Positions 27,166 through 41,454 of a DNA stretch of 64,000 nucleotides are shown one piece after another (the first letter of the stretch is position 1; each line of letters opens with the position of its first letter). Location: contig NC_081382.1 in the NCBI RefSeq assembly GCF_030684315.1, positions 19,512,592-19,576,591 on the forward strand, in the 5' to 3' direction. Source of the stretch: Stegostoma tigrinum (taxonomy: Eukaryota). The notes under the pieces are model-generated. The model made no database searches and was not told the DNA's origin. It was given only the letters and a program-made list of their open reading frames with translations. Both the position numbers and the translations under genes were made by a program.

Positions 27166-27436
27166 TGTAATTGAGATCTATTGCTGCAAAATTTAGACAG
27201 AGCCTCCAAGATTGCTAAGAACCATACCCTCCAAAAGGACGGGGACGGTTCACACATGGAAAACCCCAGATGCTGATCTGGTTCCCTCAAAGCCTGTTCC
27301 CAGAGTGAGCAGGCCTGCTGACACTCCTGTTTATATCTGTCACACAGGTCTCCCTGATTGGACCAGATTAACAGCCCCAATCAGGGAAATCCTATTCTAT
27401 GAGATCCACCTTGCTGGTCTCATTGCAATCACTGCA
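27166..27436. mobile_element. Possible LTR-type remnant with inverted CCAAT boxes
   Basis: CCCTGATTGG...CCAATCAGGG inverted pair and TG...CA ends; family assignment uncertain. Confidence 0.35.
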
Positions 27437-30400
27437 GTTTTGATTACAACTTACAACGTGAGCAAAGTTTTAGAAAACTTGTTGAGCTTGCCTAAGCAGT
27501 TTCTGAAAACATGCAAATGTACAAATTAGCAGCAGGAATTGCCATTCAGCATCTTAGGCTTGTTCCTCCAATCAGTAAGATCATGGCTGATCTGATTACT
27601 CAATATTCCTGCATAGCCACAAGAATCTTTCACCCCCTTGTTTAACAAGAATCTATCGACTTCCTACTTTTAAATGGTCAAAGGTTCTTCCCCCATTGAC
27701 TTTTGAGCAAAAGATTTTGAAACACTCACAATTCATTCACAAGTATAAGCATCAACACATTAAAGCATCATCCTAACATTACTTATGTTATTGTACTGAG
27801 TTTTATAAAATGAATTGGATGTTTATCCAGTTCCTCATAAGAGAAACCTTTCATGCAAAGTCAAGATGGTGATAAATGTTCAGAGATCTCTGTTTGCTGG
27901 CCAGGAGTTCAAAGCAATTAACTGAATTCCTGCTTATATTTCCTTTACTTGAGAAAAGTAAAGCAAGAGAATGAACAGGCTAGGAGAACAAATTTATAGC
28001 AAAGCAAATCAAGCTGACCGCTGAGCAGGGATGCTGGGTTATGAACTAAAATAATTTGTGTGTAACAACACAGATAGGATGAGGCAGATGGAATAAATTG
28101 GGGGAGAAGGAGAATGAGCTCACTGATTTAATAGGTCACAGAGCAGAGGGATTGAAGTGGGAGGGAAAAGCAGTTACCATTTCTGCTTATGCTATGTTGA
28201 GAATCACCTATTGGAAGAGGAGAGCCACAATGTTAAATCGAGAAGCCATACCCTGGAAGGTAAATTATTATTAATAAACACAATGAGATACATACATTTT
28301 GATGCAATCTGATTTCTCCATTGAACAAAGCTGCTGGAATAGAGGAAGTAGTAGATGGGTCAATCAATGTGAGCAGAAGAAAATGTTTGCATATCATAAA
28401 ACAGACACAGTGAAAAATACAGAGCTGCTTCTCAAACAATTTTAAATGCTGGTTGTAAATGAACAGTCATTATCCTAAGCCCTTGGTAACAGAACTGTAC
28501 AAGTAACTTAAATAGTTAGAAAGCACAACACACGTGTCAACTTTAGGCCGTGCCTTAAACATAAGTGCTTGAAAAGAAGCCTGAAATAGTTTGATCTTCC
28601 TATTAAATCTGTTCTCAAATGTTTGCAAGATTTCAGCTGCACTGAGACAGCATTCAGTAGAGGGCTTGTTGTCAAAAGCAGGTGTGTTGAAAACTCCCCC
28701 TGAAGATGACAACTCATGGTCAGTACCTGCTTTCTTGAACAACTATATTTAACATAGGGTAAAGTCAACATGTTACCCAAGATCTGACTGAAAATGTATC
28801 ATATCAATTTAGACATTACTGTACTCTTTGTTCTTCTGGGTTTGGGGTTTTACTATTGAAACCTGATAAGATGAATATACCTCCTGTGCTGTGTTATTGG
28901 AACGACTCGAATCAAACTATAGGATAACAAAACTCACTTTCAATTGACAGCAGTGAGCTGCAGTGATCATTCTAAACCAAGATTTCTGGCCGTCACTCTC
29001 CTAAATAGTGCAGCCTGGAGCCATTTGATAACTAAACTGAGTTGACTAACCTCGACCAAGAGGTGATACTGTTGTCCCTATAATGGCTGGGAAAGGGAAA
29101 AGTGGAATATCAGCCAGTGTTCCCATTCCCAAACATAATCCACTGACTCTTTGTGTCAGTAGCCATCAGGTAGAATGTGGATTGACAATCTGTGTATCAT
29201 CTCCAAGAATTGAACAGCTGAATCTTTTACACAGCTACCTGAATCAGACAGAGGAGGGCTGCTGCATCACTTGGGAATGTGACCGATTGCATTTAAGCAG
29301 ATTAGAGGAGAGAATTACAACCAACATGTATGCTTTGTAAAAGAAATGGAATTTAGACTGTTATCTGCAGGTGAATCACATAGAAATACTGTGATTTCTA
29401 TGCTTTCTGTCAGTACAGTTAGAGTGAAAATAATGCTGTGGCATGTTAATGCATGGCTAATCCAAGGGTGTTTGTGCCTGGAGTTAAAGCAGAAAATGTT
29501 GGCAATATTCAACCGGTCATATAAACAGATGAAATGGGAGCTGAAGTCGGCCATTCATCTCCTTGAGCATACTCTCCCATTTGATAAAGTCATGGCAGGG
29601 CATCAGGGCATCCTCAGTGGAGAAGGAGTTTCCACAAGGCTGTGTGAGCTGTTAACTTTGCTTTAGAATGTAGTCCCTGAGCCCACACATACCGGAAACA
29701 GTAATTTTACCACAGGCAATTTCTTTGTTGACTGCCTATATGCTTATTACCAGTTAAAGATGGTGAGAGGGCTCTTGATCCTGCCAACTCACAGCGTCAG
29801 CAGTTCCCTGGCTGATATTCCCCTCTACTGCGCCATCAGGAGAGCTGCCTAATGCTGAGGAAAGAGGGAGACTGCAGGGTGAATATCGGAGAGAGTCCCT
29901 GTCCAGGGGCGATGTTGGATCACCATGTGCCTCTTTCCCTACTAACTCCATCCGTCAGAGGGAGGCCATCTTCATCGGACTGGTGACAACCCCACGTTGC
30001 CATGCTCCCAGCCATTGGCAAAATGGTAACAATGGCAGCAATGACTCTCATGGGGGGGAGGATAGGGTTTGACTTTACTTATGGTAACTGGCTTCTCACC
30101 TTCATGAAGGAGGCAGCCTCAATACATCCAGTGGTGCCATTGGAAAAATGCTCTGACAGTAGGACTGCACTGACAAGTTGCTCCAACATTGTCCCCCACG
30201 AGTTTTACCATTGACACCACTCCAGCAGACCACCCCACCCCCATTCCCTTGGAGATCAGTAAAACCCCAGCCAATGTTTCAGGCTGATGACTGGATGTCT
30301 GCTGAGTCAACAGTGGGAAGTTAATAACCGGAAATGTTGGGCTAGTGTTTAAAGGCCCCCATCCAATGCCTAGGCCTAAATGAGCTTGGTTGGAAAGCCC

Positions 30401-33400
30401 AATACCTTTCTGCTTTTCCCCCTCCATCCCCAGCTGACCCCTCTGATAGGCTGTCTGGGCGGGTGCCAAAATTAACTGCCTGCTTGCCAATATATAAACA
30501 AATAATTCAAGCTTAACTCAGCTTGTTAGATGAAAAACTACCCACACCATGGAAGAGCTGGGGTTGGTAGGCAAACTGGAGTTTGAAGGACATTTTCTAT
30601 GGTGAAAAAGTACTGAAGGAATGGGAAAACCACCTCAGGTCTGTCTTGAATACCTCAGGGTACTTTTCAAGATGTTACTCCCACTTCAGTACCATTTGCA
30701 CTCCAAGTCCCAGCCTCCACTTTACTCCCTTTCTGGGCTGTAGGAACCCTAGCTGCCCTAAAACTCCAGGATGTACCTTCACAAGCCTGTCATGTGCTTC
30801 CTGGTGCTGCTTCCTGTACTGCCAGTAGAAGCTAGCACTGGGGCTCATGAACCCCTCACAGGTAGCACCCCTGAGGGGCACAATATCTACCAATCAGGCT
30901 GCAAGACCATTTGGTACCCATCATGTCAGCTTCTAAGACATTCTTTCTGGAAGGCAGAAGAGAAGGAGGGATGCAGGAAGAGGTAAAAAAGAGTTTAAAG
31001 TGATATGCAAACAAACGAAAAGCAATTTGAGAAAAGACCTTTACACACAGTGAGTAGTTGGGATGTGGAATGCACTGCCTAGAAATGTGGTGGAGGCAAT
31101 CTCAACTGAGATATTGAAGAGAGCATTGGGTGATTCTTTAGACAGAAATGGTGGGTAGGAATGTGTGGAAGAGGCAGGATACTGGCACTAATGTTAGAGC
31201 TGGTGCAGGAATAAGCTCCTTCTGCACCATAATAATTGTGCAATTCTGTGAGAGACCACCCTCCAGGACAAAGCAGCCCATTTATTCTGATTGTCTCTCC
31301 ACAAATGCTGCCGTACATTCTAAAGTATTCCCAACATTTTCTGTGTTTAGTTTGGATCTCCAGAATCCACAGTGTCTTGCTGTTATACTTGTTTGTCTGG
31401 CAAATAATTAGTGACTTCATGCTGGAATAGAAAAAATGCCTGTAATCCATCCTACCATTTTGCACCGACTTTTAGAGTTGATTTATTCATTTACATTTCC
31501 TAATTAGATCCTGCTCCTTACTGCATCTATTTGCAATCTTACACTCTTCAATTCTGTCTTGTTATCATGTGCAGTTAATTTTCTTCCATCAGTTAAAGAA
31601 TGGTGCCTGCCAATGCGAAAACTCTCTGCTTTCAATGTTAACACTGAAACTTTGTCTGTTTTATTCAGTATTCACAAATATTTGAGAGTAGCTCGTTACT
31701 CCCGAGATTTTAAACAGCTAACAGAAATCATTTCAACAGGATATTAAAATAAAAAGGAGCATGATATTAAACAGATAATACAGCCCAAAAGACTGGCATT
31801 TCTTTGCAGATTGAAAAAAGTATTCAATCAAAATGATATTAATATATTCAAAGAAACCAGAAGGAAAGTGAAGTGGGAGAAAAATACTCCCATTGCGCTG
31901 AGAAGGTTTTCAAGCAGCAGTACTAGTACCAGTGATATAGCCACATGTGGCACACTAAGCTGTCCCTTTAAGGCCTCTTGAAGGTGAGTGTTGATGTGGC
32001 CGGACAGCTGTCTGGGAGGGACAGCACGGTGCAATAACTGGACCATGAACCATGGAGGGAGATAGCAGGAAGCATCGGCTTTCCAGTATGCCTTTGAGGG
32101 GAATTTGTTGCAGGTGGGAAAGGGAAGGCACAGAGTCTTCGTGTGAGGCCTGGGCACCCGATGGCACACTTGGAGAGTGGGGCAAGTAGAAATTCATGGT
32201 CTGTGGGGTGAATGCAAAAGAGGATAAAACCAGGAAAGATATGGATGTGAAGTATTGGGGTGATTACAGCACTACACAGATTAAAATAGCCAGGAATAAT
32301 GAGGGAATAAAGGGAATTAAGGAGCTGAATCTTTCCTTTTTTTGGCTAAGTCTGAGTTGCATCAAGTTGTTTGGACGGATTTCCACCGTGACACCCAGCA
32401 AAATTTCTGATCGTACCTTACCAATCACACCTCACTAACTACCTTGTCCTATGGCCTACCTCATGTCTGATTTCAGCCCCATGTTACCATTCCTGGGACA
32501 ACTGGCCATTCGTCAGATATCCCAGAATTCATAGGAGTCACTTGTACCAGGCTGATCTTTACAAGGCTGCTCTGCAGCCAGACAAGCGCTGTCTATCTGG
32601 ATTGCCCTGCATCACTCCTGACATTTGTCCCGGTTATGGTAGGCGGGGGCTTAATCAGTGCCCCACTCCATGTACAGGAACCTAGAATTCCTGCTGGATG
32701 GTGTGGTGCCAAGACAAGGCTTTCTCTTCCCCCAGACCAGCAGTGGAGGCGACACCAGACAATGTCTAACTGGGGGAGGTGATGTCCTCTCTAAGTGTAG
32801 TTTTTCAAACCTCGGATAAGCTCTACATGTGCAAAGTGACTCAATACGGACTTGGATTTTTCTGCCTGTAGCAAATTAGCAGAATTGTAGGCTCAGTAAG
32901 GTTCAAATTATGGGGATCTCAGCACTTTATTGATAATGGGGCAACGGCACCCACCGCCATCCCACAATATTTGGAAACCACAAGCTAAATGGAAGCAATG
33001 CCCCCACAATAGCCCATAGATTCAGAAGATGAATGAATCCAAAGAGGGGACTGCAGGTAGGGACAGGAGACAAGGATATTCCCGGAGCAGTTTCCTGAAG
33101 ATTTCAGCTCTCTGCGCGTTTGTTTTCATAGCTTAAGCTTCCCAGGTCTCCTGCATTCCTCAGTAGTGACCATCTCTTGAGAGATGCTCTGCTGTGATCA
33201 AGGAATTAAGAGACCAGGCCACTCCTTGTAAAATTGCGGAGGTGGGCTTCCTTTTCACCCCATTGTTGAGGTTCAGAGGCCTGTATTTAAACTCCTTATT
33301 CAGGAAGCGATTGTTTCCTATCAGCAATACCCTTGCTGCAAAGTTTTGTATTCTTGTTAGAACGACCAATTTGGATTAGATATACTCCTGTAGGTCTTAA

Positions 33401-33854
33401 TCAAATTGCAGCCTCTCTTCAATTTGCTTTTATAATGAATAGGCCAAAGCGGGCGTTGAAGTTTAAAATAGGTCTTCCCAAACCACAATCCCTCAGTGTG
33501 AGTGCCAGCTGGAATTTTGGGCTTGTTACCTTTAAAACAGGCTTGGCTGCTGTGGAGCTCCTGGGCAGTGGTAAAAGCTGAACTGCCCCTTTAAATGCTT
33601 GCCTGTGTTTTGAAATAGTAGGTATGCCTAACTGGCCAACCCTTGAGGCTTGATTGATGTCTTGCAAAACTCTGTGGAAAGTAAAGATGCTTCCGAAACA
33701 AAAATTGTGAATTAAACAGTTCTATCTCCCAGGTCTGCAAAAAGGAACTGCTGCTTTTCAGCCTTTTAAAATCATCCTTTATATCTGCCACTCTTTCTCA
33801 GATGGTTCAATGTGCAATGGCAATAATTCTGGTCTGAGAACTTTAAAACCCTGC

Positions 33855-34345
33855 TACAAAATCATGAGATGTACAGAAGGGGTTACTGTAAGGTGTTTTT
33901 TTCGCTAGGGTGGAGGATTTCAAGTCTAAGGGACACATTTTTAAGGTGAGAGAAGAGAGATTAAAAAAACCACGATAGGCATTTTTTTCACACATAGAAT
34001 GATTGGCTGCTGTGGAGCTCCTGGGCAGTGGTAAAAGCTGAACTGCCCCTTTAAATGCTTGCCTGTGTTTTGAAATAGTAGGTATGCCTTGGCCAGTTAG
34101 GCATACCTACTATTTCAAAACACAGGCAAGCATTTAAAGGGGCAGTTCAGCTTTTACCACTGCCCAGGAGCTCCACAGCAGCCAAGCCTGTTACAACATT
34201 TAAAAGACACTTGAATAAGTATATGAATAGGAAAGGTTTGGAGGGATATAGGCCAGGAGCAGGCAAGTGGGACTAGTTTAGGTTGGGATTATGTTTGGCA
34301 TGGACTGGTTGGACGGAAGGGTCTGTTTCTGTGCTGTATCACTCA
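33855..34345 (+). mobile_element. CR1 LINE 3' fragment interrupted by a templated hairpin insertion
   Basis: CR1 3' sequence (TTTAAGGTGAGAG...TTTTTCACACA | ACAACATTTAAAAGACA...GGGTCTGTTTCTGTGCTGTA) on both sides of 34003-34192. Confidence 0.85.
34003..34192. repeat. Perfect hairpin (87-bp stem, 9-nt loop) made of direct plus inverted copies of 33536-33639
   Basis: 34003-34089 equals 33543-33629; 34089-34192 equals the reverse complement of 33536-33639. Confidence 0.95.
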
Positions 34346-34750
34346 GTGATCCTAAGAAAGGTCAACTGATCCATCAAACCTTATGTATCCGGTGTACTGA
34401 ATCCATTATATCTTCCACAAGAAGGTTTAAACTCCTTTCATCAATCCCTCAATATGGATCTAATCTCACTTGGTGTATGTTGGGACATTGCATTGTATTG
34501 TTACCACCGCTCCAGCCGAGAAACCATTTTACCCATAGTTTTCAAATTGGTCTATTTGCATTTACTTTCCTTAACCTCAATCCCAATCCTCTTCACATAA
34601 AAATATCAGTGCATCTTACAGTCATTCAATGACTGATCAAAGTTTTCAAGTGTTTAAAAAGCAGGCAAACGTTTTATTTTAAACCTCGTAGGGGCAATGG
34701 ATTTGAAAACACGACTTTGTTTAATTGCCATAGCTGTTAGTGATTCCACA

Positions 34751-34764
34751 TTGCCCTCTAGCGG
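34751..34764 (-). promoter_or_regulatory. CTCF core motif
   Basis: Minus-strand CCGCTAGAGGGCAA fits the CTCF core consensus and lies in non-repetitive DNA. Confidence 0.6.
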
Positions 34765-36650
34765 AAAGCAGATGCACATCGGCAGAAAAAAAATGACTCA
34801 ATCATGAAAAAGGATTGCAGCATTCTCTCAGTCTTCACGGGGACATGTAGTGAATATAAAATCTTACATTCAAGTGTAAGACGAATGTATTACTATATTG
34901 CATTAAAGGATACTTAATAATAAGTAATTTTGGCTATTAAGTTCAGGATACTACAGATTCTGCCTGCCTGCTCATTTCTGGTGAATGTAAAGGAATGTCC
35001 TATGAAAAGAGGGATACCCGGTTAACACACACTTTTCACTAATATGAGTTCAGGGAAATTAATAAATCCTTCCAGTTTAATTTCAAGGCATGTCGCTATT
35101 TGGAATAGGCCGGCTAATACACTGTAAAGCTCAAGAAATACTACTGCATTAAACTGCTGTGAATGTTTTTTGGAAGTAGAAACTTTAAAACAAAGTATTC
35201 CAAGTATGCTTGTGCAAGATTTTGACTGGCAGTAAAATTAGTTAATTACACTACTCAAGCAGCTGCTATACCTTGTATCTAACTCCCAAATCATTTTTAA
35301 AAATGTAAAATAGCTGACAAACTGTTAGCTAAGAACACTAAGCCCCAGGATTTAATACATTTGTTTCATGAGCCAACAGTGAAAGGATTTTCTCTATTGA
35401 AAATGGATAGCAAGGAAAAACACTTAATTTTTACAGGTTCATAATCCATGATTAAAAGCAAAGTGTAGAAAGTTGACTATAGATCTTTAAAGAATGCTAA
35501 TTGGGTTTTTAATCTAATCAGATTCCTTTCATTTTATGCCAAAATAGCTTGAAATCAAAGACGCAGACCTAGCAAGGTACCAACATTATCCTGAAAAAGT
35601 ATTGTTAGTGAAAAGAGCAGCACAAACCATAAAAAACAGTGGCCATTGGAAATCGTACAACTAACGGTTTGATTGCTGCCATCAGCCCTGAGAATGAACT
35701 GACAGAAGTGGCTGATTTCAATATCAGCAAGCTTACTGATTGTGCATGAGAATGTGCATCTCTTTCTTCAGTGCACTATCGAAAATGCACAGAAATGATA
35801 TATTGTGCAGTCTGACTTGTAGATTATATTATCATTAAATGTAAAAGTGAGATTACCTCACTTTCATTTCTCATATTTGGTTATTGAGTGTGCAGGATTT
35901 TGGGGTAAGCTTGGTGGGATAGTGAATCTCCTGGTTACTATCGGGAGGTCCAGGCTGTGTGTAATTGGTAATCGAAGGGATCATTTGAGTGCATGCACTC
36001 ATTCAAGGATTCTTATCTGCTGGGGCATTGTCTACCAGTTTGCTTCAAGTGTTTTTTGAGTTCCATAACCGCCTTCCTTGTGAAAAGTGCCTTAGAGATC
36101 TATTTTTGGTGATATTTTGACTCTATTCATCTTGAAAGTCTGATCCCGCTTTGTAATAAGGAAATCTAGTAGAACATTAGAAAATATAAAAATTCCACAT
36201 TAGCAGCAAGCAGTAAAACTCACAATGCTAAGTAACACTGCTATGGCTGTAAAGAATGATTCTGACAATGCCATGTTGAAATTCCCAGATTGTAACCTTG
36301 AAGGCAAAATTGTCAAAGAGTGTTCACTTTTAAAATCAAACAGTTCCTCAGTGTTCAGAGACAAGCTACTTGTGTCAAATTAGGTTTTTGTAACTTTTTG
36401 TAATGATCATACATTTTGGTAACACTCCAATCATGTGTCTTCATGTGATACTCTGAATAGAGCCAAACAGTCAATATCTCAAATAAATTGCATGGTAACT
36501 GACAGAGTCTTACAGCCAGGAAAACAAAAACTCAATCTAAACCAGTAATTATATCTGTATTTCCAACATATTTTGAATTTCTACAAAGTCAAAAAATTAA
36601 GTGGATGAGGTTGCAAAGTTTAAGCAAGGTTAGACATCAAAAAAATCTGA

Positions 36651-36748
36651 CTTTTGTGCTCCTGAGATGCTGCTTGGCCTGCTGTGTTCATCCAGCCTCA
36701 CATTTTATTATCTTGGAATCTCCAGCATCTGCAGTTCCCATTATCTCT
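36651..36748 (+). mobile_element. PLE terminal fragment starting just downstream of the hammerhead cleavage site
   Basis: CTTTTGTGCTCCTGAGATGCTG...CCCATTATCTCT is nearly identical to 14364-14461. Confidence 0.88.
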
Positions 36749-37966
36749 GACTTACAAACAGACTTCTTTAGCTGGCTTTCTGAATATAATGTCACCACTT
36801 ATTACATGAGAAGATATAAATCATGCAATGGAAGTGCTAATTATCTGGATAACATTGTGATAGAAATCTAAAGCGAAAATCTTTCAACAAAGTCTTTCTG
36901 GCAACCTACAAACTGGTCTTTATTATTTCTTCCTTTGCTAATTGATAGTAAAAATTAACTTGTGATTAGATGTAGAAAGTGCTGACAGAACTGTGATTAG
37001 TAATTATTGCTGATCTGAACAGTCCTGCACCTCCAATTTTTGACTATTGTGCATTCATGAAAAAGACAGAAAGGACTGGATTGACTCTCTAAGTGAGGAA
37101 TTTATACAACATTCTAAAAGTCCACAGTCAAATCCAAAATGAAATGTCGTTCTTCTTTCCTGGTGACCCTAAGTTGAATAGCTAAAAATAGGAAAGACTT
37201 TAAACGATCAGACATCACAAATTGACATAAATTATTGCTGGAAAGTTATTTATGTTGAACAGCATGGACTTTGGCATCGGTTGTGGGTAATGTGAAAGAG
37301 TCGGCTATCTCGGCATAACATGATATTTGCATGCACTGGCTCATGTTCACGCTAAGCAGTTTGGCTGTGACTCAGTTGTGCATTCCCAACGTACAGCGTC
37401 AGCCCTCTGCAATATAGATTAGCAGTGAAAGATCATCACTGTCTTCCACGTATATAATGCCACAGAGATCTTACAGCTTTAATGGGGGACACTGAACTTT
37501 GAATAATTAGCATTTGCTTTCTCACAAGTTATAACAATTACAATATGAAAGGTGCAGTGAACAGAAAATTATTTATTTTGTGCTTTCACAACATATGTTT
37601 GGTAGATTTGGCTGGTGTTCCCCTTCCTCATGGCCAAACCTCTCAGTTGAGGAGTTTCCACTGATGGGTGGCTGATCAGCCTTCCATCTTTATGGAATAC
37701 AAAAAGTGTAATTATTGATTCTGATGTCAGTTTCAGTTTGCATTGAACCCTGCCCCCTCATTGCAGGAAAATCATGAAATAATTTAGACATGAACATGGT
37801 TTGTTAATTTTAAAATCTAATTCCTTACTCAGGAAAGCAATTATTTTGAGGATAGGCTATTAAAACCCTTGAGCAGGAGATTGGAAATGAATTGGTTATA
37901 CTAAATAAAATGTTTGAAAAGTTTTATACGAAAGATTTAAAAACCACTCTGTAAGATGGTTGAGTG

Positions 37967-38077
37967 ACCGAAACGTCAGCTTTTGTGCTCCTGAGATGCT
38001 GCTTGGCCTGCTGTGTGCATCCAGCCTCACATTGTATTATCTTGGAATCTCCAGCATCTGCAGTTCCCATTATCACT
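37967..38077 (+). mobile_element. PLE terminal fragment with a 16-18-bp TSD
   Basis: Begins CCGAAACGTCAGC; CTGTAAGATGGTTGAGTG at 37949-37966 and 38076-38093. Confidence 0.92.
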
Positions 38078-38416
38078 GTAAGATGGTTGAGTGCAATGGC
38101 AATGTTATCTCAATTGGAGGGGCCCTTTTAAACTTGCAGTTTGCCCATCACTCATTCGGTATCTAGCTGTGCACTGATTGTTCCGACACTGAACCATACA
38201 GAAAAGATGCAGACATTTATCAGGATTCTAATTTGGAGGCGTTCAGTCTTAATCTCACTTTGAACCATTAGTGTATGCACTTAGCAGAGGGGTCAAGTTC
38301 TCTTGTATTGAGCAAGAATATTATGCAACAACATAGTCATCAAGGGTAAAACCTAGCTGTCTCATGACCCAAGTGCCTGTTAGTGTGTGATCAATCCATT
38401 TTTTTAGAAAAAATAA

Positions 38417-38750
38417 CTCACAGCTGAGCTTCACTAGCTAAACCAGCATTTCTTGCCCATTCCAGAAGACAGTTCAGAGTCAACCACATTGCTGTGCGCC
38501 TGGAGTCATATGTACGACAGAGCAGGTAAGGATAGCTGTTTCCTTCCTGAAAGGAGACTAGTGAACGAAATGGGTTTTTCCTGACAATCGACATTGGATT
38601 CACAGTCATCGCTAGAATCTTAATTCCAGATTTTTATTTAACTTAAATTTCACCGTCTGCCATGGCAGAATTCAAACCCAGGTCCCCAGATCATTACCCA
38701 GACCTCTGTATTAGCAGATCAGCAATAATACCACTGGGCTATCACCTCTC
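38417..38750 (-). mobile_element. tRNA-derived SINE, family B
   Basis: Reverse-complement similarity to 3712-4060. Confidence 0.75.
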
Positions 38751-38837
38751 CACATGCATCCAAATCAGCAAAAACAGATACGAAGGATCAAGAAGTCATG
38801 TTGCAATTTCTAATGTGATTTACTGTGATATGCAAGC

Positions 38838-39045
38838 ATAGAACATAGAACATTACAGCACAGTACAGGCCCTTCGGCCCTCGATGTTGTGCCGACCTGT
38901 CATACCGATCTGAAGCCCATCTAACCTACAGTGTTCCATGTACGTCCATATGCTTGTCCAATGATAACTTAAGTGTACTTAAAGTTGGCGAATCTACTAC
39001 CGTTGCAGGCAAAGCGTTCCATTCCCTTACTACTCTCTGAGTAAG
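38838..39045 (-). mobile_element. Young CR1 3' end fragment
   Basis: (CATAGAA)2 tail; CpG-retaining GGCCCTTCGGCCCTCGATGTTGTGCCGACC. Confidence 0.75.
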
Positions 39046-41454
39046 GTAAACCTTGTCAGTATCTTCGACCTTCTTTCAAAAATATGGTGCTCATTTTTTC
39101 AGTCGTCTGTAAATTAAATTACAGACTCAAGAACCATGCCTTTTATATTCAAGTTTGTAATTATATGAGTACAAGTATAGATTTATGCTTGCTGTTTATT
39201 GTGAGTGTGAATTTTGAGCCTGATATAAAGCTATTTTCTACATTTTGTAAGAATATGAAGCAGAATGTCGTAAAGATTCCAGGCAGTGAGCCCAGAACAA
39301 GAGGTCAAATTCATGTTTGGATTGCATCATCCATCAGTTTCAGCTCCTGTTTTTATTGAGATCCTTTGCGCAAAGTTTATTGCTTTCTTTTAGGGCAAGT
39401 TTGGAGTTGGGGGTGCATTTAATTGGAAAGAAAGGTGCCCAGTGGGGATGTTGCCTTCCCATCTCTGCCCTGATTAATTTAAGAACAGGAAAGCTTGGAA
39501 TCAGTCTTCCTGGCTTAGAGTCAATGAGGGCTTCCTCATCAGGGAAAGGAAGAGCCAATCCCACTGCCACATCGCCCAGACACCACCCCAATTCATTCTT
39601 CATGTTCATATGTAGAAGAGTGGAGTTGAGGCCACAATCTGATCAGCCTTGATCTTATTAAATGACAGCGCAGTTTCATGGGGCTGACAACTTCTCCTAA
39701 TTCTTAACATGTATAATTTTGAAATTACACAGATGTCTTCTTAGACTTTTCAATTTCTTCAAATTATGTTGTTTTAATGGGTTGCAAGGCCTTGGACTTT
39801 TACCACATATTTTCAAAGCCTCAATATCGAGAAATGCTATTGCTGATGTTATGAATAAACTGTGAGTCTTAAAGTAACCCTGTCTCCCTACTCTCACCAC
39901 CTATCTGCAGGCAGACTGAGATTCAATTTTCTCTCCTTTTATTAGAGTGGAGATGTATTTTCCTTGCCACATCCTTTTGTGGAATTTGACTTGGTAAGGA
40001 TTGCAACAACATGGTGGTAAAGTTAAGCCAAAAATAAGGCCTATTTTACACCCTGACGGCAGGCAATACTTCACAATATAGACTTACAAACTTACACAAA
40101 GAGATAGAATTGAAGAGGAATGAGAGATTATTCAGTTAGTATCAATTGCAATTGAGGAATACAAATTTAACAATATCCTTTCTTTTAAGATGAGCCCAAA
40201 ACTGGAGTTAGCTGTATTAAGATCCATTTTGGGAATAGTTGATTCACTAGCTGGAAATTGACGAGTTGTAAGCAATTTCCCCTTACTGAGAAATCTCTCC
40301 AGAGTTTTTATTAGGAGGCTTTGCTTGTATGTAACGTCTGCTTCATGTCTTGCCAAAAGAAATCTTTACTTGCACACAGCACAAATCCAGGTGATTGATT
40401 TCTTTTAAATTGCCAGAGACTTCTTCATAGGCCAGAGTTTTTGATATTTGCATTAGATATGGCGAGGAGCAGCACTAACCCCTGAACTGATTGTTATTTC
40501 AAAATTGAATGGTTAAAATGAGCATTTGGCTTCAATATAGTGGGAGTCATGTGACCTAGCCTTCTGGAGGGGGAGAAATAGTTATCATCAAAACAAATGT
40601 TTGTGTTGCAGATAGCTAGCCGTCTGCGGCCTGTTCCAGAGGTCAAGTGGATAGCCCTTACACACCTTCCTGTAGGATGGCTGTAGCTTGAAATTCTATT
40701 TTGTCGGCGTTTTCATGGATATGATAATCTCTCCACTTGGGCAATACAGTAGCTAGTCTTCCAGAGCCATCAGGAAATACATGTGATGTTGATTGATTGA
40801 TGTTGACTGCTGAGAAGATTCTGGAAGGCTATTGCTAAATCCAGTCCCATGATTGTGGCAACCTTTTCTGTTGGGCTGTTTAATGTTCTTTTGAAACAAT
40901 CTTGAAATATATACATTGATGTGCATTGTTTTTTACTCTGTCTATAACTTAAGAAGAAAGAAAATATTTTCTGTTTTACGACGAATAATCAATTGAAGCA
41001 GTTTGGTTGCCATTATTTAGAAAGGTATAAAATGTTTTTGACTAAGAATATTCACTTTTAGATGGAATTGAGATATATGAATATTCTCTAACCGTGTGTT
41101 GTGTGTGGAGGCTATCTTTGGTCAAGTTATAGCTCATGGTAACTGGCAATTTGTCTCACTTTAACAAAGATCTCCCTGAGGAAGGAAAGATAGATTGAGC
41201 AGCTTTGAGTATTGCATATATGTGGATTCTCCACAATGTCATCTGCAACCTCATCTTTTGCCAACAAGCCATTATTTCAGAAAAACCTTATTAAACATCT
41301 TCAGTGAGAGAATTAAAATGCTTATGTTGAAACTGTCTCCTACAAAAGCTTTTATCTGCACTGATTTAAAGCTTCCAATTCTGATTCATTTGACACAATA
41401 AGGCCAATAGATATGTTGCCTACTGTGGACTCCAGTGGAGGGGGAAAGAAGGAG

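Noticed and set aside
29700-33160. Moderately GC-rich patches with many short ORFs (similar at 12640-13400, 14500-15540 and 39390-39590)
   Set aside because: Probably old unclassified repeats; no coding or terminal-repeat signature could be supported by eye
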